35,895 bases of DNA, taken from assembly GCF_004010195.1 (NCBI RefSeq), contig NC_057752.1, positions 14,379,347-14,415,241 of the forward strand. The letters run 5' to 3'. Each line of letters begins with the position of its first letter. Within the stretch, counting starts at the first letter, position 1. Shown piece after piece: positions 21,745 through 32,628 of this stretch. Source of the stretch: Chiloscyllium plagiosum. Lineage: Eukaryota. A program made the translations under genes and the position numbers. The notes under the pieces were generated by a model that ran no database searches, was not told the DNA's origin, and saw only the letters and a program-made list of their open reading frames with translations.

Positions 21745-22824
21745 AATGAGATATCGTTTTGATGAGGGCAGTCCATTTGGATAGGGACATTTCAACCCAT
21801 AGCCATCTGAGACCCACTGCCCCAGAGTGATCATTCTCTGTGCTGCGTGACTGGAGTGTGACCAACTCGTTCTCAGGGAGTCACATCCTTCCTGAGTCCT
21901 GGATCACTTGGTTCTGGTGAAGAGTTTCTGATGGGGTGAACGAAAAGCCACAGTGATTGTTATCCCTTTGCACTCAGCAACATCACTATCTCTCTCTGTA
22001 GGGCCCCATGGCCATAACCTTGTTGAAACATACTGGAGAGAAGGACTTGTGAAGCAAGTAGTGCTGCTACGTTGAAACATGGCGACCATAATTGGCGAAT
22101 GTTTCCAAAAAGCCCGGGAGCGTGCCCTTTAATTAATGGCCTTGGTATAGACATAATGCATCAGTCTTTTTAACGGTTAGAAAATCAGACCGAATTGTTC
22201 AGCGGTGCTAAATATAGAATGAGTCTTCTGGAGATAGCCTGTGTTTGCACAGTGAACTATTGATTAATCATTGCAGAGGAAGTCTGACTTACAGACTCAA
22301 TCTCTCAGTTTCATATTCAGTTGCGTCAATGTAAATTTTCGAATATATTTGAATGACAGGCCTGGCAAACCGAGGTCCTGATCTAGAGCACGTACAGTAG
22401 CAGAGTTGTTGGCTTGGGGGGGCTGGGGGGATGGTGGGGCGATGCATTGTGCTGTTCACACACTTGGATATCCTTCCAGAAGATTCCCATTTCTCCTGCT
22501 GGCTGGACCGGAGAAAGGAGCTGCACCTCACGCAGGTCCAAGCCTTGTCATTCGAGGATGGCTACCGGTTGGCATCGGAGGATGCCCAGCTTTAAGGCAC
22601 GGTTGGCAGAGCTGAAGTGCACACAAGGCCAAAGTCTGGTTAACCCCCAGGGTGGAATCTACAGGAATGATTACAGATTCATCACCGGGGCATGGGGATG
22701 AACATGGCAGGAGGAAAGTCTTCCTGACGTTGAGGAGACTAACCACAGACAAGGCAGCCATTTTGTAGAAACCTCGCCTCAATCCATAAGTCAATCGAGA
22801 CCTTCTGGGTCCCATTTTAATACA

Positions 22825-23817
22825 TCAGAGACTCATAGAGATTGACAGCACACAGAAAAGCCTTTCAGCCCATTGAGTCTGTGCCTGTCAAAAACAACGC
22901 CTCACTATTCTAATCTCATTCTCTAGCACTTGGCCCATAGCTGTGGCATCCCATCTAAATCCTTCTTCAATTTGCTGAGGATTTCTGCCTCTCCCACCCT
23001 TACAGACGGAGAGTTCCAGATTCCCACCACCCTCTGGGTGAAAATGTTTTTCCTCAGACTCCCTCTGCCCCTTACCTTCAATTGTTGCCCCGATCAAGAA
23101 AGCAACCCCAGTCTGTCCAATTGCTGTTCATCCCTGAAATTCCCCAGACCAAGCAACATCCTGATAAATCTCCCTCTGCCCCAGACCAGGCAAAATCCTG
23201 GTAAATCTCCCCTGCTCCAGACCAGGCAACATCCTGGTAAATCTCCCCTGTCCCAGACCAGGCAACATCCTGGTAAATCTCCGCTGCCCCAGACCAGGCA
23301 ACATCCTGGTAAATCTCCCCTGCCCCAGACCAGGCAACATCCTGGTAAATCTCCCCTGCTTCAGACCAGACAACATCCTGGTAAATCTCCCCTGCCCCAG
23401 ACCAGGCAACATCCTGGTAAATCTCCCCTGCTTCAGACCAGATAACATCCTGGTAAATCTCCCCTGCTCCAGACCAGGCAACATCCTGGTAAATGCCCTC
23501 TGCTCCAGACCAGGCAACATCCTGGTAAATCTCCCCTGCTCCAGAGCTGGTAACATCCTGGTATATCTCCCCTGCCCCAGACCAGGCAACATCCTGGTAA
23601 ATCCCCTCTGCTCCAGACCAGGCAACATCCTGGTAAATCTCCCCTGCTTCAGACCAGACAACATCCTGGTAAATCTCCCCTGCCCCAGACCAGGCAACAT
23701 CCCGGTAAACCTCCCCTGCACCCACTCCAGTGCAATCACGTCCCTTCTATAATGTGGATGCCAGAACTGCACACAATACTCTAGCTGTGGCTGAACCAAC
23801 ATTTTGTACAGTTCCAC
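22825..23817 (-). mobile_element. CR1 LINE 3' fragment containing an expanded minisatellite
   Basis: ELYKMLVQPQLEYCVQFWHPHYRRDVIALEWVQGRFT..., with the 3' tail at 22825-22900. Confidence 0.9.
23143..23719. repeat. 36-bp minisatellite, about 16 copies, derived from CR1 ORF2
   Basis: Unit ccagaccaggcaacatcctggtaaatctcccctgcY; the - strand reads (GRFTRMLPGLGQ)n. Confidence 0.97.
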
Positions 23818-24084
23818 ACTCCGTTCTTAAACTCTCAGCCTCGAATGATAATGACAAGTATCTATCTTGCTGTCATGCCCGCTTTTCTGTCAAGAGTAGC
23901 TGCGTTTTTTTTTAATGAAGCCAAGTGTAAGTTAATGCTGCTACAACCACACTTCCTGCTGAAGCTCTTGACAGCTTCTACTTTCAGTTTGACAACGTCT
24001 GACCGCAGACTCTGCCTGCTTTGCTTTCCCCACCTGTTACCCTCAGGGCCTGTTTTTTTTTGCTTTGCTTTCAGCCATCTGTGA

Positions 24085-24650
24085 CAAAGTTACCCCTGTG
24101 GTCCCATTTAAATCTTTCCCCTCTCACCTTAAACCTATGCCCTTTAGTTTTGGTTTGCCCCTCCGCGGGGAAATGACCGTGGCTATTTACCCTATCTATG
24201 CCCCTCATGATTTTATAAACCTCTGTAAGGCTTATACTCAGCCTCCGACACTTCAGGGAAAACAGCCACAGCCTATTCAGCCTCTCCCTGTACCTCAAAC
24301 CCTCCAACTCTGGCAACATCCTGGTCAATTTTGTTCTGCACCCTGTCGAGTTTTGCACCATTTTTTCTGTAGCCGGGAGACCAGAATTGCACAGCATTCC
24401 AAAAGTGGAGAAACCAATGTCCTGTACGGCCACCACGTGATGTCCCAACTCCTATACTCAATGCATTGACCAATGGAGCAAGCATGCCAAATGCCTTCTT
24501 CACTATCCTGACTAGCTGCGATGCCACTTTCAAAGAACTATGTACCTGCACTCCTCAGTCCCTTTGTTCAACAACAGTCCCCAGGGCCCTCCATTAACTG
24601 TTTAAGGCCTACCTTGGTTTGCCTTCCCAATATGCAACAGCTCGCATTTT
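24085..24650 (-). mobile_element. CR1 LINE fragment
   Basis: VHSSLKVASQLVRIVKKAFGMLA and TRMLPELEGLRYRERLNRL...KTKGHRFKVRGERFK. Confidence 0.9.
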
Positions 24651-25038
24651 TAGATTAGATTCCCAACAGTGTGGAAACAGACCATTTGGCCCAACAAGTC
24701 CACACCGACCCTCCAAAGAGCAACCCACCCAAACCTATTCCCCTACCCTACATTTACCCCTGACTAATGCATCTAACCTACACTTCCTTGAACACTATGA
24801 CCAATTTGGCATAGCCAATTCACCGAACCAACACATCCTTGAACACTATAGGCAATTTAGCATGGCCAATCCACCCTAACCTGCACATGTTTGGACTGTG
24901 GGAGGAAACCGGAGCACCCGGAGGAAACCCACGCAGACACGGGGAGAATGTGCAAACTCCACACAGTCACCTGAGGCTGGAATCAAACTTGGGTCCCTGG
25001 CGCTGTGAGGTACCAGTGCTAACCACTGAGCTACCATA
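24650..25038 (-). mobile_element. HE1/V-SINE, full length, with 2-3 internal ~53-bp units
   Basis: tRNA head, V-domain (gtgggtttcctccgggtgctccggtttcctcccacagtccaaa), repeated ccttgaacactat units, and an AATCT tail. Confidence 0.92.
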
Positions 25039-25555
25039 CACATTTATCCAAATTAAACTCCATCTCAAAGAGTATGCCCCCGAACCAGTTGGGTGAGATA
25101 CAGCGGTGCACTGTCCCATGTGGTGCAGGGGCTGTCCGTGGTCATCGCCATGGAAATGTCTGAGCAGCATTGACGGATATACATTGCAGCTGAGATGACC
25201 TGAGCTTTTCATGGCAACAGCTTCCATTCTTAAGGTATTACAAAAACCCGGGTTCCTCGGCCATTGACTTCCTGCGTGGTGTAGGGGGCCCGATCTCTGT
25301 ATAGGAGTGAGAAGACCCTCTTTGTCAAAAAAAATGAAAGCAATCGTCACATCTATCTGGACTATCTTAATTAAGCTGACTTCATCCGCACATGGAACTG
25401 TGTCCCAGTCACTTAACACTCGATTGATGCATTTGACCCAGGATAGGGAGAGACGAAAAGTCTCTTTTGAGGTCGCTCTGTACTTGGTGAAAATTGTGGC
25501 TGCTGATCAGATCTTGGAAGGAGATAAAAGTAATGCTGGAATCCAAAGTAGGTAG

Positions 25556-25935
25556 GCAGCAAGGCTGGGAGAACAGAGCAGGGCAGGCAGCATCAGGAGG
25601 TGGAGAAGTCAACGTTTCGGGTGTAACTGGGGGTGGGTGTCGGGGGAGCTGCAGATAAAGGGGTGGCAGGGGGCAGGGTGGTGAGGTGGGGATGGGTGAA
25701 GACAGGTAGAGGGTATGACCTGGTTGGTCAATGGGTGGAATGAATCTGGTTGGTGGCTGGGAAGAGTGAAAGGGATGGGGAGGGACAATGGACCAAACCG
25801 CAAATTGGAGGAACAACACCTTATCTTCCGCCTGTGCAGCCTAGGACCCAACATTGAGTTCTCCAATTTAAAATCACCTCCCTCCCCATCCCCCTGACTC
25901 CCTTCCCAGCCCCTCCCCCTCCCTTCCAAGGTCTC
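25556..25935. mobile_element. Penelope-like remnant with internal inversion
   Basis: 25556-25790 is a - strand 3' end, resembling 7858-8100 and retaining the gaaacgtt half of the hammerhead. 25790-25935 reads on + as RKLEEQHLIFRLCSL..NIEFSNL, the GIY-YIG C-terminus. Confidence 0.8.
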
Positions 25936-26009
25936 TTTTTGTTTTGGTCGCAATGGGGAGTCCTCCAGATGCCCTCCTGCGGGACATTGTCAGATAGCGG
26001 TGACTGGAT

Positions 26010-26683
26010 CATAGCATCCCTACAATGTGGAAACAGGCCCTTTGGTCCAACAAGGAGAAAATGAGGACTGCAGATGTTGGAGCTCAGAGTCGAAGAGTGT
26101 GGTGCTGGAAAAGCACAGCAGGTCAGGCGGCAACATTTGATGCATTTGACCCAGGATAGGGAGAGACGAAAAGTCTCTTTTGAGGTCGCTCTGTACTTGG
26201 TGAAAATCTTGGCTGCTGATCAGATCTTGGAGGGAGATAAAAGTAATGCTGGAATCCAAAGTAGGTAGGCAGCAAGGCTGGGAGAACACAGCAGGGCAGG
26301 CAGCATCAGGAGGTGGAGAAGTCAACGTTTCGGATGTAACTGGGGGTGGGTGTCCTGATGGAAACATCAACTTTCCTGCTGCTCGGATGCTGCCTGACTG
26401 GCTGTGCTTTCCCAGCACCACACACTTTGACATTGGCCCAACAAATCCACACCGACCCTCTGAAGAGTAACCCACCCAGACCCATTTCCCTCTGACTAAT
26501 GTACCCAGCACTAGGGGCAATTTAGCATGGCCAATTCACCTAACCTGCACACCGTTGGACTGTGGGAGGAAACACGGACAGAGTGTGCAAACTCCACACA
26601 GATAGTCGCCCGAGGTTGGAATCGAACCTGGGACCCTGGTGCTGTGAGGCAGCAGTGCTAACTGCTGAGCCACCATGCCACCC
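26010..26683 (-). mobile_element. HE1/V-SINE interrupted at 26054-26432
   Basis: Tail at 26010-26053; body and head at 26433-26683. Near-perfect 12-bp TSD ttggYccaacaa. Confidence 0.88.
26054..26432. mobile_element. Penelope-derived inverted-end insertion enclosing a copy of nearby DNA
   Basis: 44-bp imperfect inverted arms at 26089-26132 and 26388-26431, homologous to 7858-7895. The interior 26137-26354 duplicates 25424-25641. Confidence 0.8.
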
Positions 26684-26787
26684 TTATGATATGATATGAC
26701 AAAGGTTCATCTGCTTAACCACTGACCCTCTGACCTTCCATTGGTTGTTCTGCCAACATTGCAAATAGAGTTTCTCCTCACTCTCTT

Positions 26788-26837
26788 ACACACACACACG
26801 CGCGCGCGCGCGCGCACACACGCACACACACACACAC
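26788..26837. repeat. (CA)n(CG)n(CA)n alternating purine-pyrimidine microsatellite
   Basis: cacacacacacgcgcgcgcgcgcgcgcacacacgcacacac…. Confidence 0.95.
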
Positions 26838-27119
26838 TGTAGGGGAATCTAATTGCACACACTTCCTCCATCCGCTCTCCTGACTGTGTTGGAATTAAGA
26901 CTCATGCGTAATTGCTGCTGGGTCTGAGAATTTGGCGCCCACACTCATCTCTTCCTCCACTCGCAAGCTTTGAAAACTGAGACTTAACCCGCCTCACTAG
27001 TTTTTCATTCACCTCTTCCTGCTTCCAACGATTTTCAACCCCAACAGGATCTTCCATTGGCTTTCAATTAAAAATGGAAAACTATCACCACCTCTCAAGG
27101 CTATAATGCCATAAAACAG

Positions 27120-27250
27120 GATAAGCGTTGAAGATCTTGGGGTTCAAGTCCATAGCTCCCTGAAAGTGGCCACAGAAGTCTAGAGGGTGGTAAAGCAGTT
27201 GTATGGCATGCTTGCCTTTATTGGTCGGGGAATTGAGTACAAGAGTCATC
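27120..27250 (+). mobile_element. CR1 LINE internal fragment
   Basis: gatcttggggttcaagtccatagctccctgaaagtggcc…gggaattgagtacaagagtc, homologous to 19050-19170. Confidence 0.8.
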
Positions 27251-27257
27251 ATTCGTT

Positions 27258-28200
27258 ACTCCTCAGATACTGAAGCAGTCCATGTCCAACTGCAACAAGA
27301 TCTCCACAACATCCAGGCTTGCGCTGACAACTGGCAAATAATATTCATGCCACACAAATGCCAGGCAATGACCATCTCCAATAAGAGACGATCTAACTAC
27401 TGCTCCTTGACATTCAATAGTGTTACCATCACTGAATTCCCCCACTATCAACATCCTGGGGGTTACCATTGACCAGAAACTGAGCTGACCAGCCATACAA
27501 ACACAGTGACTACAAGAGCAGGTCAGAGGCTAGGAATCCTGCAGAGAGTAATTCACCTCTTAACTCCCCAAAGCCTGTCTACCATCTATAAGGCTTAAGT
27601 CAGGAGTGTGATGGAATACTCCCCACTTGCCTGGATGGGGGCAGTTCCAACAACACTCAAGAAGTTTGACATCCTCCAGGACAAAGCAGCCGCTTGATTG
27701 GCACCACATCCACAAACATCCACTCCCTCTCCCACCGATGCTCAGTAGCAGCAGTATGTATCATCTACAAGACGCACTGCAGAAATTCACCAAAGATCCT
27801 CAGACAGCACCTTCCAAACCCACGACCACTTCCATCTAGAAGGACAAGGGCAACAGATACATGGGAACACCACTCCCTGCAAGATCCCCTCCAAGCCCCT
27901 CACCATCCTGGAAATATATCACCATTGTCACCATTGACCCAGTGTCACTGGGTCAAAATCCTGGGTTTCCCTCCCTAAGGGCATTGTGGGTCAACCAACA
28001 GCACATGGAATGCAGCGGTTCAAGAAGCCATGATGTGGAGGTGCCAGTGTTGGACTGGGGTGGGCAAAGTTAAAAGTCGCACAACACCAGGTTATAGTCC
28101 AACAGATTTATTTGGAAGCACTAGCTTTCAGAGCGCTGCTCCTTTATGAGGTAGAGGTGTCTAGTAATTCCAAATTAACGTAGTTCAAGAAGGCAGCTCC
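27258..28200 (+). mobile_element. L2/CR1-group LINE (second family) 3' fragment
   Basis: LQQDLHNIQACADNWQIIFMPHKCQAMTIS (RT thumb) and HRCSVAAVCIIYKTHCRNSPKIL; interrupted at 28028-28182. Confidence 0.88.
28028..28182 (-). mobile_element. Penelope-like terminal fragment with a decayed hammerhead
   Basis: Reverse complement of the 130-248 element, with the core mutated to ctcataa. 10-bp TSD GTTCAAGAAG (28018-28027, 28183-28192). Short inverted piece at 28161-28179. Confidence 0.78.
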
Positions 28201-28521
28201 ACAAGCAAAATTAGTGACCAACTCCCAAGCCCAGAAGAATCCTGTCATGCATGGGTGCATGCCCAGTGATGGGAGGATGGCTCACCTCTGGATCTCCCAT
28301 CTGATTAACTGGTTACTCCAACAGAGCCCCTAGTCCCAAGAAGAGGGCCCAATGGATCCCCAAACCTAAGTTGGTCATGAGGAAGGAAAAAGAGTGTCAT
28401 GATCAATGTTGCAATGTGGTGGTGGTGGTGGTGGAGGTGGGGGGCAGTAGGTGCCCCAATTTGCAACGCTCTCCCCCACCGACAGTACCACCCTTCCTTG
28501 TCAGTGGGATTTTGCTTTAAA

Positions 28522-30040
28522 AGTAGAATCCCTACAGTATGGAAACAGGCCATTTGGCCGACAAGTCCACACTAACCCTCCAAAGACCATCCCAACTAGA
28601 TCCATTCCCCTATTCCCACAGCTAATCCACCCTAACCTGCACATCCCTGGATACTATGGGACAACTTAATATGGCCAATCCACCCTAACCTGCACATCCC
28701 TGGGCATAATGAGACAATTTAGCACGGCCAATCCACCCTAACCTGCACATCCCTGGGCATAATGAGACAATTTAGCATGGCCAATCCACCCTAACCTGCG
28801 CATCCCAGGGGCACTTAGGGGAATTTAGCACGGCCAATCCACCCTAAACTACATATCTCTGGGTACTATGGGACAACTTAGCATGGCCAATCCACCCTAA
28901 TCTGCATATCCCTGGGCACTATGGGGCAATTTAGCACGGTCAATCCACCCTAACCTACAAATCCCTGGACACTGTGGGACAATTTAGCATGGCCAATCCA
29001 CCCCAACCTGCACATCCCTCGGCACTATGGGACAATTTAGCATGGCTAATCCACTCTAATCTGTACATCCCTGGACACTATGGGACAATTTAGCATGACC
29101 AATCCACCCCAAACTACAAATCCCTGGACACTATGGGACAATTTAGCATGGCCAATCCACTCTAACCTGCACATCCCTGGACACTATGGGACAATTTAAC
29201 ATGGCCAATTCACTCTAACCCGCACATCCCAGGGCACAGTGGTGCAATTTAGCATGACCAATCCACCCTAAACTATATATCTCTGGGTACTATGGGCAAT
29301 TTAGCACGGTCAATCCACCCCAAACTACAAATCCCTGGACACTATGGGACAATTTAGCAAGGCCAATCCACCCTAACCTGCACATCCCTGGACACTATGG
29401 GACAATTTAGCACGGCCAATCCACCCTAACCTGCACATCCCTGGGCACTATGGGACAATTTAGCACGGCCAATCCACCCTAACCTGCACATCACTGGACA
29501 CTATGGGACAATTTAGCACGGCCAATCCACCATAACCTGCACATTCCTGGACACTGTGGGACAATTTAGCATGGTCAATCCACCATAGCCTGCACATCCC
29601 TGGACACTATGGGACAATTTAGCATGGCTAATCCACCCTAACCTGCACATCCCTGGACACTATGGGACAATTTAGCATGGCCAATCCACCCTAACCTGCA
29701 CATCCCTGGACACTATGGGACAATTTAGCACGGCCAACCCACCCTAACCTACACATCCCTGGGCATTATGGGACAATTTAGCACGGCCAATCCACCCTAA
29801 CCTGCACAGCCCTGGACACTGTGGGAAAATTTAGCACGGCCAATCCACCATAACCTGCACATCCCTGGACACTATGGGACAATTTAGCATGGCCAATCCA
29901 CCCCAACCTGTACATCTTTGGACTGTGGGCAGAAACGGGGAGAGTGTGCAAACACCACACAGAGAGTTGTCCGAGGCTGGTATCGAACCCAGGTCCCTGT
30001 GAAGCAGTGTTGCTATCCACTGAGCCAGCATGCCACCCAT
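28522..30040 (-). mobile_element. HE1/V-SINE expanded to about 1.5 kb by internal minisatellite
   Basis: tRNA head and V-domain at 29916-30040, tail at 28522-28620, and the array between them. Confidence 0.9.
28621..29915. repeat. 53-bp minisatellite, about 24 copies
   Basis: Unit gccaatccaccctaacctgcacatccctggacactatgggacaatttagcatg. Confidence 0.97.
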
Positions 30041-30646
30041 TCCTAGCGGTCGTTTTGAAAATATTTGTTCTTAAAAAAAACCAGTCCTGCTCTCATTTCA
30101 CTTCCCGTGTCTATGGCATGCGTAAGGTAATGTTGGCACTGATCCATCTTTTACCAAGTTCAATTAACCTTTCATTATTGGCTTGAGCATGTTGGTCATG
30201 TTGAGGGCAGAGGTATTGCTGATTTTGGCACAGGCCGGATTATGGGGGTGAGCTTTGGGTGGGTGGGGGGAGTGAGAACACACACCTCAAACCTCGCCCA
30301 TTGTATCAGGAATTAGCTGGAAAAGTGCCTGAGGATATTTTATTTCGTGGAAGGCGCTGTACAAATGAATGTTTTTCCAGTGTGTGCTGTGCGGAGCAAT
30401 GGGCCGCTTTAAATTTAATCGACATTTTGCATTTGTTTGTGCCAGGAAGGGCTGGACATGATTTTAGAGATCTTGACAGCTAGAAACAGGAGCCTAGCCT
30501 GTTGTGCATTCTCATGAGTGAAGAGGTGGAGTGGCTGCTTCAGTGCGTGAGAATAAGGTCGAGGAGGAAACAGCGATGTTGTCTCATGGCACGAGGCCTA
30601 GGGACACATGGAGACAGAACAATTTAGGAAGCAGTTAGTGCATGGG

Positions 30647-31492
30647 TGTGCTAGAGAGTAAAGGCTGAAGTATTAAAATTTCCAGTAAGAAATCCAACAA
30701 AAACAGCTGGAAACTGCCATCATGCTTACTCTGGAATTAACCCAAGGATGAGGATGGCACGGTGGCTCAGTGGTTAACACTGCTGCTTCACAGTGCCAGG
30801 GACCCAAGTTCAATTCTACCCTCAGGTGACTGTTTTTATGGAGTTTGCACATTCTTCCTGTGTCTGTGCGAGCTTCCTCCACTATGGCTCTGTTGGAGCA
30901 GGTGGGTGGGACTAGTTTAGACCAGTATGGACCGGTTGAACTGAAGGGTCTGTTTCTGTGCTGTATGACTCTATGGCAGGGGGCAGGGTGGTGGGGTGGG
31001 GATGGGTGAAGACAGGTAGAGGGTATGACCTGGTTGGTCAATGGGTGGAATGAATCTGGTTGGTGGCTGGGAAGAGTGAAAGGGATGGGGAGGGACAATG
31101 GACCAAACCGCAAATTGGAGGAACAACACCTTATCTTCCGCCTGTGCAGCCTAGGACCCAACTTGTGCTAGAGAGTAAAGGCTGAAGTATTAAAATTTCC
31201 AGTAAGAAATCCAACAAAAACAGCTGGAAACTGCCATCATGCTTACTCTGGAATTAACCCAAGGATGAGGATGGCACGGTGGCTCAGTGGTTAACACTGC
31301 TGCTTCACAGTGCCAGGGACCCAAGTTCAATTCTACCCTCAGGTGACTGTTTTTATGGAGTTTGCACATTCTTCCTGTGTCTGAGCGAGCTTCCTCCACT
31401 ATGGCTGTGTTGGAGCAGGTGGGTGGGACTAGTTTAGACCAGTGTGGACCGGTTGAACTGAAGGGTCTGTTTCTGTGCTGTATGACTCTATG
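30647..31492. repeat. 329-bp duplication (30647-30975, 31164-31492) with a 189-bp templated spacer
   Basis: The copies differ at about 3 positions and each holds an internally deleted V-SINE (+). The spacer 30974-31162 matches 25664-25852. Confidence 0.93.
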
Positions 31493-31581
31493 TACCAGAC
31501 AGTGCAAGGAGGTGGAGGTAGTTCCTGAAGTTTGGGTGTTTGTCAGGATGTTGCTGGGATAAATGGAGCAGTTTGAGTTTG

Positions 31582-31710
31582 ACTGAAAGCAAAACATTGT
31601 GAAGTCTGGAAATCTGAAACAAAGAGAGCATACTGGAGAAATTGTGGACAGAGAGAGAGAAAACCTGAGTTAATATTTTGGGTCTGGTCTAACCATTCTT
31701 CAGAGTGAGT
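31582..31710 (-). mobile_element. Old Penelope-like terminal fragment
   Basis: The - strand reads CTGAAGA-atggtt…caaaatatt (decayed hammerhead), then the tail ctccagtatgctctctttgtttcagatttccag. Confidence 0.5.
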
Positions 31711-32291
31711 TTGAACCCTTTTGCAATGAAATTCAACTCTTCTCATCTCGCCCAGTAAAGCTCATGTTCTCCTTGCTTGATAAATGGTTGATGATTTGTG
31801 TAAATAGTACACCGACAGACTCCCAAATGCAGATCTCCCTCCACATTTGATATAAAGTTAGGGCCTATCAAGCAGTTTGGGATTGGACCCGTTCAGTGTT
31901 AACATCAGCTGGGACCACAGCAGTCACTGTAGGTTGCGATGTGTTGCAGACACACTGACAATTCTCAATGTCAAGTGGAGGTACCAGGGAGCTGCAGACT
32001 ATCTGCATGACTCCCTCAATCTCAAAAGGAAAGCAGGAAAGTTGCAGGGGGCTTTCGGAGGTGCGGGGGTGGGAGGGGGGAGGAGGGTAATGTGGAACAT
32101 TGATCATCTTCCTGTCAGACTTGGAAATCGGTCTGTTCCACCAAATGCCCTCAAAATATTCAGAAGAAAGTCTAGACCCTAACTTTCCTTATTTTTAAAG
32201 TAAATCTTGTGTCCCAGATGCAATTCAACGGGTCAAATTACTGGATTTATAGCAAATCTCGCTTTGTTCATCCGCTATAGATAAAAGAGTA

Positions 32292-32628
32292 GGGAGGCAA
32301 TGGCCTAGTGGTATTATTGCTGGACCGTTAATGTTCCGGGGACCTGGGTTCGAATCCCATCCCATCACAGCAGATCATAGAATTTGAATTCAATAAGTAT
32401 CTGGAATTAAGAATCTAATGACGACAATGAATCTATTGTCGACTATCAGGGAAAAACCTATCTGGTTCACTGACGTCCTTTTGTGAAAGAAACTGCCATC
32501 CTTACCTGGATCTGGCCTACATGTGACTCCAGACCCACAGTAATGTGGTTGACTCTTAACTGCTCTCTGGGCAATTAGGGATGGGCAATAAATACTGGCC
32601 TGGTCGGTGACGCTATCATTCCATGAAC
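32292..32628 (+). mobile_element. Full-length tRNA-derived SINE sharing its 3' tail with the second LINE family
   Basis: A box tggcctagtgg and B box ggttcgaatcc. The tail gggcaataaatactggcc…ccatgaa matches the LINE end at 9370-9435 (-). Confidence 0.85.

Noticed and set aside
22930..23817. Repetitive-protein genes (171, 215 and 229 aa ORFs)
   Set aside because: They are by-products of a stop-free 36-bp minisatellite inside a CR1 fragment.
28621..29915. CRISPR-like array or interstitial telomere
   Set aside because: Units are contiguous with no unique spacers, there are no cas genes, and the context is eukaryotic. CCCTAA occurs once per unit, not in tandem.
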